In this document: piece by piece, positions 19,540-32,146 of the stretch
Numbering within the stretch: the stretch's first letter is position 1
Layout of the letters: each line of letters starts with the position of its first letter
Assembly: GCA_963770835.1 (NCBI GenBank)
Contig: CAVYRH010000026.1
Span: 672,001-736,000 of the forward strand
DNA from: an uncultured Pseudomonadota bacterium
Lineage (GTDB): Bacteria; Oederibacteriota; Muellerivitia; Muellerivitales; Muellerivitaceae
Length of the DNA: 64,000 nt
Direction: 5' to 3'
Program-made: the position numbers and the translations under genes
The notes under the pieces: generated by a model
What the model was told of the DNA's origin: nothing
Seen by the model: the letters and a program-made list of their open reading frames with translations, nothing else
The model's database searches: none

Positions 19540-20762
19540 TTCGTAAGATCCTCTTGGGATTGATCCATCAGCGGTTCCGGGGTGGGGACCGGCTCGTATT
19601 CCATTTGCAGTGGAGGGGGGCAATTAGGACCGATTACCACCACATTGGCATCCCTTTCGAATTCATCCAACCAATGGGCGGGACTTCCACCATCCAAAGA
19701 ATAAACCAATCTGGAAAGATGGGGCCCTCCATCGAAGGTTAATTCAGCAGCTTCAGCCAAACCGCCCGAATTTCCGACATCGGATAGCACATAACAATCG
19801 TCACAACCCGGAAAATCCTTGGAAGCCCGGCCCGAATCGGTTTGGAACACCAGGTACCAGCACTCCGGCGAAAAATTCGACTTTGACTTGTCGGCAAAGC
19901 CAATGGTCACCCATTGAAACTCGGAAGGAGTTTGATCCGGGCTCAAGGCCACCGCCGAGTAAATCGGGGTCGTCTTATGGATTTGAAAAAAGTTCTTCAA
20001 GATGGAGTAATTCAAGGGCGAAGTGGGGGTTCCTTGTTTCCGTACACGGATAGCGAAAGCAGTAGCGGCGTAACCACAATGGAAATGCAAGGCTTGCCCT
20101 TGCAGAACTTGCCGGGATTTATCAGTAGAATCCCCGTCCCCATAGATGGGCCGTACTCCCGGATCATCGTATGGGTTTCCCTGAAGGCCATTTCCAGCCC
20201 CGTAAAGGGCATATATGGGCTCTTGGTTCAATTGCCGCCACCGGCTTCCTTCATATAAAAGGACATTGGTATTTAGGTCGGGTGTTCCGTCGCTGCAATG
20301 AAGATGGTTTGGGACGTCAGTCGATAAGAAAGAAGCAAAATTGGAAGGGCCGATCACGCCTACCGGATGGCCTCCGCCGCGTAATGTATCTTGCTCTACT
20401 ACTAAATGATAAATGCTCCCTTTTGATAAATGAACGCGCGCCAGGGGTAGGGTGATCCAGCTTTTCGGTCGAGGTATGAAATGGGACGAGGCCAGCGGTG
20501 TCCCAGTGGGATGGCCATGGTCGTCCTCTTGGAGGCTTACGAGATAGGCGGGAGGTTTTTCCGCTTCTAAGCAATAAACCGAGGCGGCGGCCAGATCCAT
20601 GTCTTCTTGACAGGTGAACCGGTATGAGATCTTTTTGCTGGACGAATCCAGCGCGTTTGAAAGTCTTTGGTTCGCCACGAACCGGTTGCCAAAATCAGCT
20701 TGGGCTGGGAGGGTTACGGACAGGGAAATAATGGTTAAGAGTAAGGCTTTTTGAAAACACAT
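19536..20762 (-). CDS. secreted hypothetical protein, probably two beta-sandwich domains
   Basis: Signal peptide ending AQA; two similar blocks (WITLPL..YHLVVEQD and WVTIGF..WYLVFQTD). Confidence 0.7.
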   Translation of the reverse strand: MCFQKALLLTIISLSVTLPAQADFGNRFVANQRLSNALDSSSKKISYRFTCQEDMDLAAASVYCLEAEKPPAYLVSLQEDDHGHPTGTPLASSHFIPRPKSWITLPLARVHLSKGSIYHLVVEQDTLRGGGHPVGVIGPSNFASFLSTDVPNHLHCSDGTPDLNTNVLLYEGSRWRQLNQEPIYALYGAGNGLQGNPYDDPGVRPIYGDGDSTDKSRQVLQGQALHFHCGYAATAFAIRVRKQGTPTSPLNYSILKNFFQIHKTTPIYSAVALSPDQTPSEFQWVTIGFADKSKSNFSPECWYLVFQTDSGRASKDFPGCDDCYVLSDVGNSGGLAEAAELTFDGGPHLSRLVYSLDGGSPAHWLDEFERDANVVVIGPNCPPPLQMEYEPVPTPEPLMDQSQEDLTK

Positions 20763-21285
20763 GTTCCAATCCTAACACAAAGAGCTGGTTTCACCGTGAG
20801 TCGGACTTTTGCCGATGAGGTTTATTTTTTTCACAGGGGGTAGTTCGACCAAGATTCAAAATATATTTTTAAAAGAATGATTATTTCGGCCTTGGATTGC
20901 ATGTGAAAAAAATGGGGAGATGTTTTTTGAATTTAAAATCATCCCAATAAAAAGTCATTGGATGGACATGGTGAGGATTTTGAAACTGATTTAGCCGGGG
21001 AAAAGAGTGAGACAAATCATATTTCGAGTGAAAAATGATGAAATATTTTCCTTAAAAAGCTGTCGTTTTACTGTCTAGATTTAATGTTAAATCAAAGATA
21101 TCAAAAAGAATGAATTTGGCTTTATTAACCACTTAGCGTTTCAAAAGTGCTAAAATTGATTCAAGGAAGTATTTTCATTGCTTTTACAGATTTTATTAAC
21201 GCGAAACCAGAAATATAAATTAAGCCAAAAGTGAGTTTTCGAATCTGGCTTAAAACGATTTTTGAAATAAATCGGCACGAGGCTA

Positions 21286-24200
21286 ATGAAAACAAAAAAA
21301 CAAAATCCATTTTTAACCGGTTCACTACCCGGGGGGTGGAGATCGCTCTTCGGCAAAGCCCTTGTATTTGTTTTTTCAGCCCTCCTTTTTCCAAATCTTG
21401 TTCAAGCCCAAGTCCTAGGTAGCGCCAACCTGTGTAATTCGGGCAGCGGTCCGACCACCTACGATGCAACCACCACAACTTACACTCTTAGCGGAACGGG
21501 TGCCTGCGGTTATCAAGCGGGAACTTTTGATCCGAATTACTACGCGGCTATTGACGGCACCAGTGGTTATGGGGGGGATTACCAGGATGCCGAGATCTGC
21601 GGAGCCTGCGTGGCGGCCCACTACGGTTCCAATGCTGTAACAGTCATGATCATCGACAATTGCTCCACTTGCACGAACTCAAACCAGTTGGACCTGGGTC
21701 CCGTTCCGTTCCAAGCTTTAACTGGTAATACCACTGGAAATTATCCGGTCACATGGAATTTCGTTCCTTGCCCGTTGAGCTTGATGACCGGAGATTCCTC
21801 GGGCAAAATCGAGTACCAATGGAAGTCGGGTTGCAGCGCCACTTACGATCCGATCCAATTCCTTGATAATTTGTTTCCAATAACCGGGGTGAGTTGGGGA
21901 ACCAGCAGCACCGGACCTTTTACCGCACTCCAATCAGATTACAACAACGTCGGCGGGAACGCCTACTGGTCCAATTCGGGACAGAATCTCAATTCCACAA
22001 CCGGGCCTTTTTATTTTGTCCTGACCGACGCCCAAGGCGGGTCAGTCACCTTGGGCCCCATTTCCGAAGCGGACTGCGCCGTGACCCACAGTGCCAGTGT
22101 GCAGCTGCCCGGTTGCGGGGCCACCAACACCCCCGGCCCAACATCGACCTTCACCAACACCCCTGGAGCTCTTACGGCTACACCCACTTCCGGAGGAGCA
22201 CTCACGGCCACACCCACTTCGAGCGGTTCCACTGTGGTGAATGGAATCACTTTCGCGAGCTGTTCCTCAGGCAATCCCTCGCCGGGTTACTCGCTCAGCC
22301 AGAATACGGTGGCCTCCGGCATAGGGTTGGATTACGCAGTCGCAGGGGGCGAGTGCGGTCAACCGCTAACCGTGACCCTGCCAGCGGGCGCCACACCTGT
22401 AACAGCTTATCTCTATGTGGAGTACGATATCGGCAGCGATACCGGATCGCTTAACAATTCGGCCGTCGGATTCGGCTCCAACACCACCCCCGCCGGGGTC
22501 GTGGACGGTGCGCCAGTGACCTGGACCGTTTTCCAAAACATCTACTACAACATCCGCTACGGCATCAATCCTTCTTGGATCACGGGCGGTGGAGGGGGTG
22601 GAAGCCAGACCACTTACACCGTCAACACTTCGGCCAATCCCAACACCTGCAAGGGCGAATCGTTGATGGTGCTTTACACCAATCCGACGGAAACCAGCAT
22701 GAACTATGTCTCTATCGCCGACGGAAACAACGCCTGGCACGCGGAGGAGAATAACACGATCACCGCAGGGAACGGCGTGGCCCCGCCCGACGCGCAATTA
22801 AATTGGTCCTGCATGAATCCGTCCTGCTCCAATAGCAGCCTGAAATTCTCGTCCTTGGGCGGGAGGGATAATTGTAATGACGGTGCGCTTGACGGGGATG
22901 AGGACCAGATCGAGGCTTATGGGCAAGGCGGCGTTACCTGCGGCCAAGGTTCGGAGAACGGGAATGGTGGGGGATGCGGAGGACCGCCGAACACCTTGTG
23001 GAGCGGCCCGCCGGGCGTGCTGAATTGCGGCGGAACCAATACACCCGGCGACTATGACCGGACCTATAACCTAGGTAATTTCCAAGGTGGCGCTACTAGT
23101 TTGGAATGGGGATTCAATATGCAGGAGCAAAATGCCAAGGCGAGCTTCTGGCAGCAGGCCCTGGTGTCGCAGTACCAATGCAACCCTACTCAGCAATGTT
23201 CGGTGACGCAGGCGTTCAACCAAAATTTCATCCAATCGGGCTGGGTACAGGGGACCGTTACCTTCGGCCAGGGTCCCTGGGGTGAAAGTTCGTCCGGGGT
23301 TTCCTTCAGCGGGGGATGCAACGGCAAGAATAACTTTTTAATCAACACGAACGTCACAAGTGGGCCCGGTACCCTACAGGTTTCCATGTGCACGAACAAC
23401 AACGGCGGCAATTTCAGCGGCTTGGTCTTCGGGTATAATACCACCACGGGCAACGGTTACGGCCTGCAGTTTTATAACAACGGCTCAGGGAACCCCGGGG
23501 AGTTGTTGTGGGTTCAATATACGGGGGGGGCTTCCTCCACCCTTAACACGACGAACCTCGCGAATGGTGCGTTTAACGGCTGCCCTTATTGGGTGGAAGT
23601 GGATGTGAACGCTTCCTGCCAGTATTCGGTGAAGATCGCCTCCACGCAGGCGGGGTTGTCGTCAGCGCCGGTGACGGCCACCTATACGGGAGGCAGTTGT
23701 ACCACCGGGTACATGGGATTGAGCGCGAACAATTGCGAAAACTCGATCTTCCAGTCCTTCCAATTCACCGGCAATTGTTCCACCCCCACCCCTACCAACA
23801 CGCCTACCAGGACGCCGACACCGACGGCTACCCAAACGGCCACCTCGAGCGCAACGTCAAGCGCTACCTCTACGACTACAAGGACCGCGACCGCCTCGGC
23901 CACCTCCAGCGCCACGAGGACTGCCACTCAGACGGCTACCGCTAGTACGACATCAAGTGCTACGGCCACGGCGACTTCTTCAGCCACCTCTAGTGCGACA
24001 TCGAGTGCCACTGCTTCGGCGACCGCCTCGGCCACCTCCAGCGCCACCTCCAGTGCCACGAGGACTGCCACCCAGACGGCTACCGCTAGTACGACATCAA
24101 GTGCTACGGCCACGGCGACTTCTTCAGCCACCTCTAGTGCGACATCGAGCGCTACTGCTTCGGCGACGGCGTCAGCGACCTCAAGCGCCAGTTCCACAAC

Positions 24201-27111
24201 CACTAGAACTGCCACTCAAACCACCACTATGACGACCACTTCCAGTGAGACCTCTAGCGCGACGGCAACAGCGACGGCTTCCGCCACCTCTACTTTCTCA
24301 ACTACCTCGACAGGGACTTCCTCCGCCACTTCCACCGCAAGCGCCACAGGCACCTCTACGCCTGTTTTCACCAACACGCCTACCCGGACGACCACACAAA
24401 CGGCTACTACAACGGCCACTTCATCCGCAACTTCCACTGCCACTTCCACCGCCACTTCAACCAGCACTTCCACTAATTCCGCCACTTTCACCGCTACTTC
24501 CACAGCCACCAACACCGCTACCAGCACCAGTACAGCCACCAGCACGGCTACTAAAACGGCCACCAATACCGCTACCAACACCACGACGGCGACCTTCACA
24601 CCCACCTTGACGCCGACCAATACCCCAACCCTTACCCCCACCAACACTTACACTGTCACTGATACCTTTACGGCCACCAATACCGCCACCGTGACCCCCA
24701 CCAACACCAATACAGCCATCATCACCCCCACGTCCACTTCCACCGCCACCAACACGGCGACTTCTACCCATACTTCAACCTTTACCATGACCTCCACGGC
24801 CACTAATACCGCCACCTCCACGGCCACCGCAACCGCCACCAACACCACGACGGCGACCTTCACACCCACCCTGACGCCGACCAATACCCCAACCCTTACC
24901 CCCACCAACACTTACACCGTCACTGATACCTTTACGGCCACCAATACCGCCACCGTGACCCTCACCAACACGAATACAGCCATCATCACCCCCACGTCCA
25001 CTTCCACCGCCACCAACACGGCGACTTCTACCCATACTTCAACCTTTACCATGACCTCCACGGCCACTGCAACCGCCACCAACAGCCCCGTCTTTACCTT
25101 TACTCCCAGCAATACACCGACCAATTCGCCCACCAACACCTCCACGGGAACCCCGACACCCACCCGCACCCCGACCAACACAGCCACAAATACCCCAACC
25201 TTCACAGCCACCAATACTGCCGTGTTTACCTTTACACCCACGAATACCCCGACGAACACGGCCACTAATACAGCTACATCCACCGCCACCAATACCCCCA
25301 TCTCTACATTTACGCCGACCAATACCCCGACGAACACAGCCACTAACACGCCCACTGCCACATCCACGAATACCTATACACCCACCAATACCGCCACCCA
25401 AACCCCCACTTCCACCGCCACCAGCACCTACACCGCAACGAACACCCTTACAGCGACGAATACTCACACCAACACGGCTACAACCACCCCCACCAACTCC
25501 CCCATCTTCACTAACACTTCGACCTCCACTGCCACTTTGACCCCCACCAGCACGGCCACCAGTACCTTTACCGCCACGGGTACTCCCACCCACACCACAA
25601 CTTCAACAGCCACCAACACGGCTACCCATACCGCAACAGCGACCTATACCCCCACCAACAGCCCCACCGCCACAATGACGAATACGCCCACATCCACTTT
25701 TACCGCCACCGATACCTTTACGGCCACGAAGACCGCAACCAACACGGCCACCTCGACCGCCACTTATACGCCCACCACCACCTATACCTTCACTGCCACC
25801 TCCACGCCGACCAATACCTTTACGCCTACGCCGGATGTTGAAATCAGCAAGGTTTCTTCGGAGACGGTGGCTAAGAGCAGGGATGTGATCACCTATACCA
25901 TTACCTTGAACGTTCCCGTGGGCCCAGTTATGGGGGTGACGGTGTCCGACGTTCTGCCGAGCTACTTGAGTTTCCAAAGCTATGGGGCCGTCCCTGCGGG
26001 AGGGACGACTTTCGCGCCAAATGGCCAGATCTTGATGTGGAGTTTCCCGTCCCTCCCGGTCGGGACAACAACTCTGACCTACCAGGCACAGGTGAGTAAT
26101 TACGTCCCGCAAGGGACGATCCTGACGAACAACGCGCAAGTGACCTACGCGGGCCTTACCAGCCCGAAGAAGGCGTCGGTGAACGTGGCGATGGCGGTGG
26201 AATACACCGTCAAGGTGGGGGTCTATAACTCGGCCGGAGAATTGGTGAAACAAATCTGGGTGCAAGAATTGTCGCAACAGATCACGAACTTCAGCCTACT
26301 GCAGACACCCACCATCACGAGCCTCCATGGAGTGGTGTACGTGGAAGTAAACGGCCAGCAGATCGCTACCTGGGATGGGACCAACCAGGCGGGAGACCCG
26401 GTGAGTAACGGTGTTTACTACGTCAAGGTGGATAATATTGATCCCTATGGTGTGGATACGAGTGTGTCGGAGACGGTGACGGTAAGCCGGTCGATCGCGA
26501 AGATCCAAGTGAACATCTACAACGAGGCTGGGGAAGTTATAAAGCATCTTTACGCCTATTCGGACGACCCAGGAAACATGAACCTGGGGGATGTGGCGTT
26601 TTCCAGCAGCGTGATCAAGCCGACGGTGGGGACGCCAACCTCCAACGGCACCAGCGATTTGACCTTAACCTTCCCGAACGGGGTGACGGTGACCTGGGAT
26701 GGGACCAATGACAATGGTCAAATCGTGACCGACGGGACCTACGAGGTGGAAGTGAATTGGACAGACGGGAAGGGCGGGCAACAAGTGACCACGCATAATG
26801 TGACGGTAGAGAGAGGGAATAATTCGCCGGCGGGTGGGAACGTGTTCGCCTACCCGAATATCCTGAAGGGCGGAACGATGTCGGTGACGGTGCGGATCAA
26901 TTCGAGCCTGAGCCTGACGCTCACGGCCAGTGTCTATGACGTGGCGGGCGAACTGGTGAAGAGGCCGGTGACAGGCCAGGTGGGAATCGGGACAGCGTCG
27001 GTGGATGTTTCGGGCTTGGCCAGCGGGCTTTATTTCATAGTGGTGGACTTAGCGGACACCAACGGCCACCTGATCCAGAAACAAGTGACCCAGATCGTGA
27101 TTGAACGGTAA
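21286..27111 (+). CDS. 1941-aa secreted protein: expansin-like head, Cys-rich beta domains, Thr/Ser stalk, DUF11-like and FlgD-like Ig modules, sorting tail
   Basis: [37 protein letters not shown] (DPBB) then CBM63-like [22 protein letters not shown]; two WDGTN..G.Y modules; YPN..LASGLYF tail. Confidence 0.85.
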   Translation: MKTKKQNPFLTGSLPGGWRSLFGKALVFVFSALLFPNLVQAQVLGSANLCNSGSGPTTYDATTTTYTLSGTGACGYQAGTFDPNYYAAIDGTSGYGGDYQDAEICGACVAAHYGSNAVTVMIIDNCSTCTNSNQLDLGPVPFQALTGNTTGNYPVTWNFVPCPLSLMTGDSSGKIEYQWKSGCSATYDPIQFLDNLFPITGVSWGTSSTGPFTALQSDYNNVGGNAYWSNSGQNLNSTTGPFYFVLTDAQGGSVTLGPISEADCAVTHSASVQLPGCGATNTPGPTSTFTNTPGALTATPTSGGALTATPTSSGSTVVNGITFASCSSGNPSPGYSLSQNTVASGIGLDYAVAGGECGQPLTVTLPAGATPVTAYLYVEYDIGSDTGSLNNSAVGFGSNTTPAGVVDGAPVTWTVFQNIYYNIRYGINPSWITGGGGGGSQTTYTVNTSANPNTCKGESLMVLYTNPTETSMNYVSIADGNNAWHAEENNTITAGNGVAPPDAQLNWSCMNPSCSNSSLKFSSLGGRDNCNDGALDGDEDQIEAYGQGGVTCGQGSENGNGGGCGGPPNTLWSGPPGVLNCGGTNTPGDYDRTYNLGNFQGGATSLEWGFNMQEQNAKASFWQQALVSQYQCNPTQQCSVTQAFNQNFIQSGWVQGTVTFGQGPWGESSSGVSFSGGCNGKNNFLINTNVTSGPGTLQVSMCTNNNGGNFSGLVFGYNTTTGNGYGLQFYNNGSGNPGELLWVQYTGGASSTLNTTNLANGAFNGCPYWVEVDVNASCQYSVKIASTQAGLSSAPVTATYTGGSCTTGYMGLSANNCENSIFQSFQFTGNCSTPTPTNTPTRTPTPTATQTATSSATSSATSTTTRTATASATSSATRTATQTATASTTSSATATATSSATSSATSSATASATASATSSATSSATRTATQTATASTTSSATATATSSATSSATSSATASATASATSSASSTTTRTATQTTTMTTTSSETSSATATATASATSTFSTTSTGTSSATSTASATGTSTPVFTNTPTRTTTQTATTTATSSATSTATSTATSTSTSTNSATFTATSTATNTATSTSTATSTATKTATNTATNTTTATFTPTLTPTNTPTLTPTNTYTVTDTFTATNTATVTPTNTNTAIITPTSTSTATNTATSTHTSTFTMTSTATNTATSTATATATNTTTATFTPTLTPTNTPTLTPTNTYTVTDTFTATNTATVTLTNTNTAIITPTSTSTATNTATSTHTSTFTMTSTATATATNSPVFTFTPSNTPTNSPTNTSTGTPTPTRTPTNTATNTPTFTATNTAVFTFTPTNTPTNTATNTATSTATNTPISTFTPTNTPTNTATNTPTATSTNTYTPTNTATQTPTSTATSTYTATNTLTATNTHTNTATTTPTNSPIFTNTSTSTATLTPTSTATSTFTATGTPTHTTTSTATNTATHTATATYTPTNSPTATMTNTPTSTFTATDTFTATKTATNTATSTATYTPTTTYTFTATSTPTNTFTPTPDVEISKVSSETVAKSRDVITYTITLNVPVGPVMGVTVSDVLPSYLSFQSYGAVPAGGTTFAPNGQILMWSFPSLPVGTTTLTYQAQVSNYVPQGTILTNNAQVTYAGLTSPKKASVNVAMAVEYTVKVGVYNSAGELVKQIWVQELSQQITNFSLLQTPTITSLHGVVYVEVNGQQIATWDGTNQAGDPVSNGVYYVKVDNIDPYGVDTSVSETVTVSRSIAKIQVNIYNEAGEVIKHLYAYSDDPGNMNLGDVAFSSSVIKPTVGTPTSNGTSDLTLTFPNGVTVTWDGTNDNGQIVTDGTYEVEVNWTDGKGGQQVTTHNVTVERGNNSPAGGNVFAYPNILKGGTMSVTVRINSSLSLTLTASVYDVAGELVKRPVTGQVGIGTASVDVSGLASGLYFIVVDLADTNGHLIQKQVTQIVIER
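24574..25068 (+). repeat. 264-bp-period intragenic duplication in the stalk
   Basis: 24574-24804 nearly identical to 24838-25068; a separate 144-bp-period repeat at 23911/24055. Confidence 0.85.
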
Positions 27112-27613
27112 TTTCCGAGAGGGCTTTTAAAGAAAGTCATCGTAGAGAAATCTAGTGCAGATTCCTTGCCATCAAACGAAATGAAAAAGCCGAATTCCCC
27201 CCGAAAATCCAGGTTTGAATAAGGTTTCCCAATTTAACCGCGCGCTGGATCGAAATGAATCCATTAACTCTCGGGTTCGAAACGCGGATTGGATCCTTAG
27301 TGAAATCCACCCCCCATACTTACAACCGAATAACTGTTGGTGTTTGGCTAAGAAGAATATTAAAGTTTCAAGTTTAACGAGAAGCTTGGATAAAACCCTT
27401 CCCATAATTTCGTTTGGCGAGATTACAAAAGATCTTGGATTAATAAAAAGTAAGAAATTGTGGGATAATTCGCCGTAAGGGAAGAGTCGACCGTCCTGAA
27501 AAAATCATTCTGAGGTTTTTCTGAATTTGCCCGTATCCCCTAAAGCTTTTTGGGGGCCCTAGGCTTTTCTAGGGTTTCTGTAATACAAATTCTTTACTGA
27601 GACACGTTTAAAA

Positions 27614-30600
27614 ATGAACTTAAAACGTTACTTGAAACCCGAGGCCGTACTTACCATTAATCGGCTTAAACCAGTCAACTTGCATGTTTTTGGTTGGGTT
27701 GCCGTTTTTTTCTTCACGTTTGGATCGGCCCAACCAGCCTCTGTCACTAAATCGTCCGATAAGTCGAACTATCTCTTGGGGAATCCGGTCACCTGGACCC
27801 TGGTGGTGCAACCGGGTGACGCTGCAGGCTCGGTGACCTACCAATATCCCATGACTTCCATGCCGGCTGGCTGGACAACAACGGGAGGAAGCTGGGCCGG
27901 AGCCTCTTGGGGTACCCGTACCGAAGAAGGGGGGGGCTGTACGGGCCTGAACTATGGGCCCTACGGAGCTGGCGCAGCCAACGAATACCCGCAAATTCTT
28001 TCCAACGTGCTGGCCCCGGCCAACGTGGAATTTGACTACCAAGCCTGTCTTCCCTCCCAGGCCTATTCGGGCGACGACGACACGATTTTTATCCCCCGCT
28101 ATACCGACTGCCAGAACTATTACATGATACGGGGCGACGCTTGGGACCTGAGCGATACCTGTGGCCCCAACAGCATGCTTTTCCTCGATTCGGTGTCCCC
28201 CAACGGGGGGGCCTGTACTACCACCTTCAGCGACGGAAACAGTGGTACGACTGGCGTCACCAAATCCAATATCCCCTGTATCCAACGCAATATCTGGTAC
28301 GATTATCGGGTCCGCATTTGCAACGGTGAATTGATGGCCAAGCAATGGCAGGACGGTACCACCGAACCAGGCTGGGAGATCGACGACCCGGGTGCCGTGC
28401 CCAATGCGCCGGGCACGTTCGGGTTTCAAGCCAACCAGGGCGAGATCACCTTCCGTAACCTCACCGTTTATGCCCTGGGCGCCGAAAACAACGTGGTAGT
28501 GACGGACACCTTCCCCTCCTGCTTGACAGGACTCAGCAGCGCTTGCGGCAGCTTCGCGGGCAGCAATTTCACCTGGAACGTCGGCAATTTCGCCTCAGCC
28601 TGCGCGACCCCGGTGACCTGCAACGTTACCTCCAACATCAGCTGCACCTGCCCCGCCGGACCCATGACCAACATTGCTAATATCACCAGCAGTTTGGGCG
28701 CAGGCGCGCCCAGCACTGCCATTATCAATGTGGGCTCTTTTACCCTTACCAAATCCACAACCATGTCGGGCCCCGCCACCCAAAATGGAGCAACTCCCTA
28801 CAACCTTGTCTTGTGCAACACAGGCTCCACTGCTTATAACGCAGTGGTTACCATTCAAGACAACCTCAACCCGGGAGGGGTCAGTGGGTTGAACTTTAAC
28901 GGCTGGTCGCCTCCAGGCGGTGGAAACTTTAATGACCTCATTAACTGGCATAACGACGGGCCCGCTTCGGTGCAAATGATAAATAACGCCACGGACTCAC
29001 CCGAATTCGGCGTCGAGGATATTCCGGGTGGGGCTTGTATTACCATCATTCTGAACTACCAAATTAACGGTTTTCCGAGCGAACCCTGTACGGTCATGAG
29101 CAATTCGGCCTCCATCGTCACCAACGGCTGCCCCGTGACCACCAACGCAGTGGGCATCACCGTTTGCAATTCCACCCCGACCTTCACCCCAACGCCGACG
29201 AATACCCCGACCAAAACCCCCACCTATACCCCCACGAATACCCCCACTATGACGCTGACGCCCACACCCTCCAACACATTTACCAATACCCCTACGAAGA
29301 CTTTCACGGCCACGCCCACGAATACGGCAACACCCACACGAACTTTCACCCCCACGAATACACCAACCACCACCGACACTTTCACGCTCACTAATTCCCC
29401 GACGCAAACGCCGACTAAAACTCCAACAGCTACGCCCACCACAACTCCAACCAATACCTTAACCCAAACGCCGACGAACACTCCGACGAGGACTCCCACC
29501 GAAACACTCACGAATAGCCCGACCAGCACACCGACCCCGACTCCCACCAATACCTTGGTGAATACCCCCACGAACACCCCGACCAAAACCCCCACGACAA
29601 CTCCGACTGTAACCCCAACCTATACTCCTACGGCCTCGCCTACGAACACCCCGACCCGCACGCCTACCGCCACCCCCACCAACTCCCCTACTGTGACTCC
29701 TACCTACACCCCTACCGCCACACCCACGAACACTTTGATCAACACCGCCACCCCCACCAATACGCCCACCAAAACCCCAACAGCTACGCCTACCGCCACC
29801 CCGACGAACACCTTCACTCCCACGGCCACCCCGACCAATACCGCCACCGCCACTCCCACTAATACCTTCATTAATTCTCCCACGCCAACCAATACCCCCA
29901 CCGTGACAGCCACCTACACCCCAACCAACACGCCCACCTTGACCGATACCTTTACCCCCACCCGAACAGTTACGAATACCGCCACCAATACCCCCACCGC
30001 CACGCCCAGCAACACCTACACTCCCTCGAACACACCCACCAATACCGCCACCGCCACTCCCACCGATACCTTCGTGAACACGCCCACCCCAACCAATACC
30101 CCCACCGACACCAACACTTCAACGCCCACCGCCACTGCGACCAATACCCCCACAGTGACGGCTACCTTTACGCCGACCAATACGCCCACTAGTACGAATA
30201 CTTACACCCCCACGGCCACGCCCACGGATACCCCCACCCCCACCCCGACGGATACGCTGGCCAACACCGCCACGAATACGGCCACCAAGACCCCCACCGC
30301 CACACCCACTAACACGAACACTTCAACGCCCACGGCCACACTGACCAATACCCCCACGGTAACGGCCACCTATACGCCGACCAACACCACTACCAATACC
30401 AGTACTTCCACCCCCACGGCCTCCCCGACCAATACACCTACAATGACCGATACCTTCACGCCGACGAATACGGCCACCAACACGAGGACCAACACCCCCA
30501 CCCTGACGGCCACCAATACCCCCACCCTGACCGCGACCTGGACCCCTACCCTCACCCCCACGCCCACTCCGCCGCTGAATGTGACCTTCCAGAAGCAGGT

Positions 30601-31867
30601 AGTCCCCACGACGGCCCAGTCCGGGAGCATTTTGAGCTATACCTTGCAGATCAATGTCACTTCGAACTCGGCCAACGGGGTGGTGGTGACGGACACCCTG
30701 CCGGCCAACGTGTCGTTCGTGGCTTTTGGTTCAGCGCCCTCTGGAACGACGACTTCCTTTATCCCCGCCACGTCGCAGTTGAGCTGGACGCTTCCGGCCA
30801 GCCTCGCGCCGGGGAACTACCAGTTGTCCTACCAGACGAAGGTGAATAACTTTGTGGCAGCGGGGACACCGGTGGTCAACGGGGCCCAGCTGACCTACCC
30901 GGGTCTGTCGGCGCCATTGAACAGCAGCGTGTTGGTGGCCATCATCGGGCAGTACACGGTAAGGATCGATGTTTATAACGAAGCGGGAGAAGTGGTGAAG
31001 CAGATCTATACCCAGCAGCTTTCCCAACCGATCAACAACATTGCCATTGAGTCAAGCGATTCCATCACCAGCCTGCATGGTGCGGATAACGCGGTGACGG
31101 TGTATTACCAGGGCATTGCCATCGCGACCTGGAATGGGACAACTTCCAACGGCGATCCGGCCTCCAACGGGGTCTATTACATCAAGGTGGACAATATCGA
31201 CAGTTCGGGAACGGTGAACAGCACGACCCAGCAGGTGACGGTGAGCCGGTCACTGGCGACGTCGACGATCCTCATCTACAACGAAGCGGGGGAGGAAGTG
31301 AAGAACCTGGTGACTTATTACGATGATCCGGGCCAGGCGACGATATTGGGGGTGCAATTGTCCAGCGCGGTGATCGAGCCGGGAGGGCAAGGGGGCGGGG
31401 TGCCCAACCAGTTGAAAATCATCTTGAGTAGCGGAACAACAGTGGTGTGGGATGGCACGGGCAACAACGGGTCCTACGTGCAAAGCGGGCAATATTTCCT
31501 GGAAGTGCATACAACGAACGGAAACGGCAGTGAAACCACCGTGATCAAGCAGGTATCGGTGGATGGGCGCTCCACGGGAAGCGGGATGGGGGTGGTATCG
31601 GCGGTGCCGAACCTCCTGGGACGGGGCTCGTCGGTGGTGACCTTTCACAATAACTCCGCAATGGGCTTGTTGTTGAGGGTAAGCCTTTATACGGTCGACG
31701 GTGAATTAATCGGACCGCCGGTTACGGGGGACAACGGGGCCAATCCGCCCCAATTGAACACCAGCGGTTTAGCCAGCGGCCTCTATCTCGCGGTGGTGGA
31801 GCTACAAAATGCCGCCAACGGCGGCCTCCTGGGCCGCCAGACTGTCAAAATCGTGGTCATCCACTAA
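27614..31867 (+). CDS. 1417-aa secreted Cys-rich DUF11-type protein with Thr/Pro stalk, FlgD-like modules and sorting tail
   Basis: Signal peptide; [18 protein letters not shown]; (T-X)n stalk; WNGT..ASNGVYY, WDGT..SGQYF; VPN..LASGLY tail. Confidence 0.85.
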   Translation: MNLKRYLKPEAVLTINRLKPVNLHVFGWVAVFFFTFGSAQPASVTKSSDKSNYLLGNPVTWTLVVQPGDAAGSVTYQYPMTSMPAGWTTTGGSWAGASWGTRTEEGGGCTGLNYGPYGAGAANEYPQILSNVLAPANVEFDYQACLPSQAYSGDDDTIFIPRYTDCQNYYMIRGDAWDLSDTCGPNSMLFLDSVSPNGGACTTTFSDGNSGTTGVTKSNIPCIQRNIWYDYRVRICNGELMAKQWQDGTTEPGWEIDDPGAVPNAPGTFGFQANQGEITFRNLTVYALGAENNVVVTDTFPSCLTGLSSACGSFAGSNFTWNVGNFASACATPVTCNVTSNISCTCPAGPMTNIANITSSLGAGAPSTAIINVGSFTLTKSTTMSGPATQNGATPYNLVLCNTGSTAYNAVVTIQDNLNPGGVSGLNFNGWSPPGGGNFNDLINWHNDGPASVQMINNATDSPEFGVEDIPGGACITIILNYQINGFPSEPCTVMSNSASIVTNGCPVTTNAVGITVCNSTPTFTPTPTNTPTKTPTYTPTNTPTMTLTPTPSNTFTNTPTKTFTATPTNTATPTRTFTPTNTPTTTDTFTLTNSPTQTPTKTPTATPTTTPTNTLTQTPTNTPTRTPTETLTNSPTSTPTPTPTNTLVNTPTNTPTKTPTTTPTVTPTYTPTASPTNTPTRTPTATPTNSPTVTPTYTPTATPTNTLINTATPTNTPTKTPTATPTATPTNTFTPTATPTNTATATPTNTFINSPTPTNTPTVTATYTPTNTPTLTDTFTPTRTVTNTATNTPTATPSNTYTPSNTPTNTATATPTDTFVNTPTPTNTPTDTNTSTPTATATNTPTVTATFTPTNTPTSTNTYTPTATPTDTPTPTPTDTLANTATNTATKTPTATPTNTNTSTPTATLTNTPTVTATYTPTNTTTNTSTSTPTASPTNTPTMTDTFTPTNTATNTRTNTPTLTATNTPTLTATWTPTLTPTPTPPLNVTFQKQVVPTTAQSGSILSYTLQINVTSNSANGVVVTDTLPANVSFVAFGSAPSGTTTSFIPATSQLSWTLPASLAPGNYQLSYQTKVNNFVAAGTPVVNGAQLTYPGLSAPLNSSVLVAIIGQYTVRIDVYNEAGEVVKQIYTQQLSQPINNIAIESSDSITSLHGADNAVTVYYQGIAIATWNGTTSNGDPASNGVYYIKVDNIDSSGTVNSTTQQVTVSRSLATSTILIYNEAGEEVKNLVTYYDDPGQATILGVQLSSAVIEPGGQGGGVPNQLKIILSSGTTVVWDGTGNNGSYVQSGQYFLEVHTTNGNGSETTVIKQVSVDGRSTGSGMGVVSAVPNLLGRGSSVVTFHNNSAMGLLLRVSLYTVDGELIGPPVTGDNGANPPQLNTSGLASGLYLAVVELQNAANGGLLGRQTVKIVVIH
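29753..31867 (+). repeat. copy 1 of a 2115-bp near-identical direct repeat
   Basis: Offset 15873 bp from copy 2; sense and antisense translations identical except YTV/YAV (A31691 vs G47564). Confidence 0.92.
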
Positions 31868-32146
31868 CCGATTTAAATAAACAAAGAGGATCTCTCATTC
31901 TCTTGCCAATTTCGAACTTGTCTTGCGCCATCTTTCCGTGCGAAAGCTACGGATGAAAGGCCATGGATTCTACTGGAAGGCTTCCTCCCCCAGCTGGTTG
32001 TTCGTCCTCCAGTGGCGGGCTCATTATTTGCCAATGGCCGAATTAGAGGTATGTCCTCAAGGGAAACCTGAGTATCGTCATAAGGGGTTACCGAAAAATC
32101 CCGTATAAAAATCTTTATTGGACCGATCAACAAAGGCGGCATTTGG

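Noticed and set aside
27172..27478. Short ORFs in the AT-rich gap between large genes
   Set aside because: No motifs or clear RBS; more likely regulatory DNA
31949..32045. Hammerhead-like core (CGGATGA..GGCC/GGCC-GAAT)
   Set aside because: Deviates from CUGANGA and GAAA, and stems I and III could not be built
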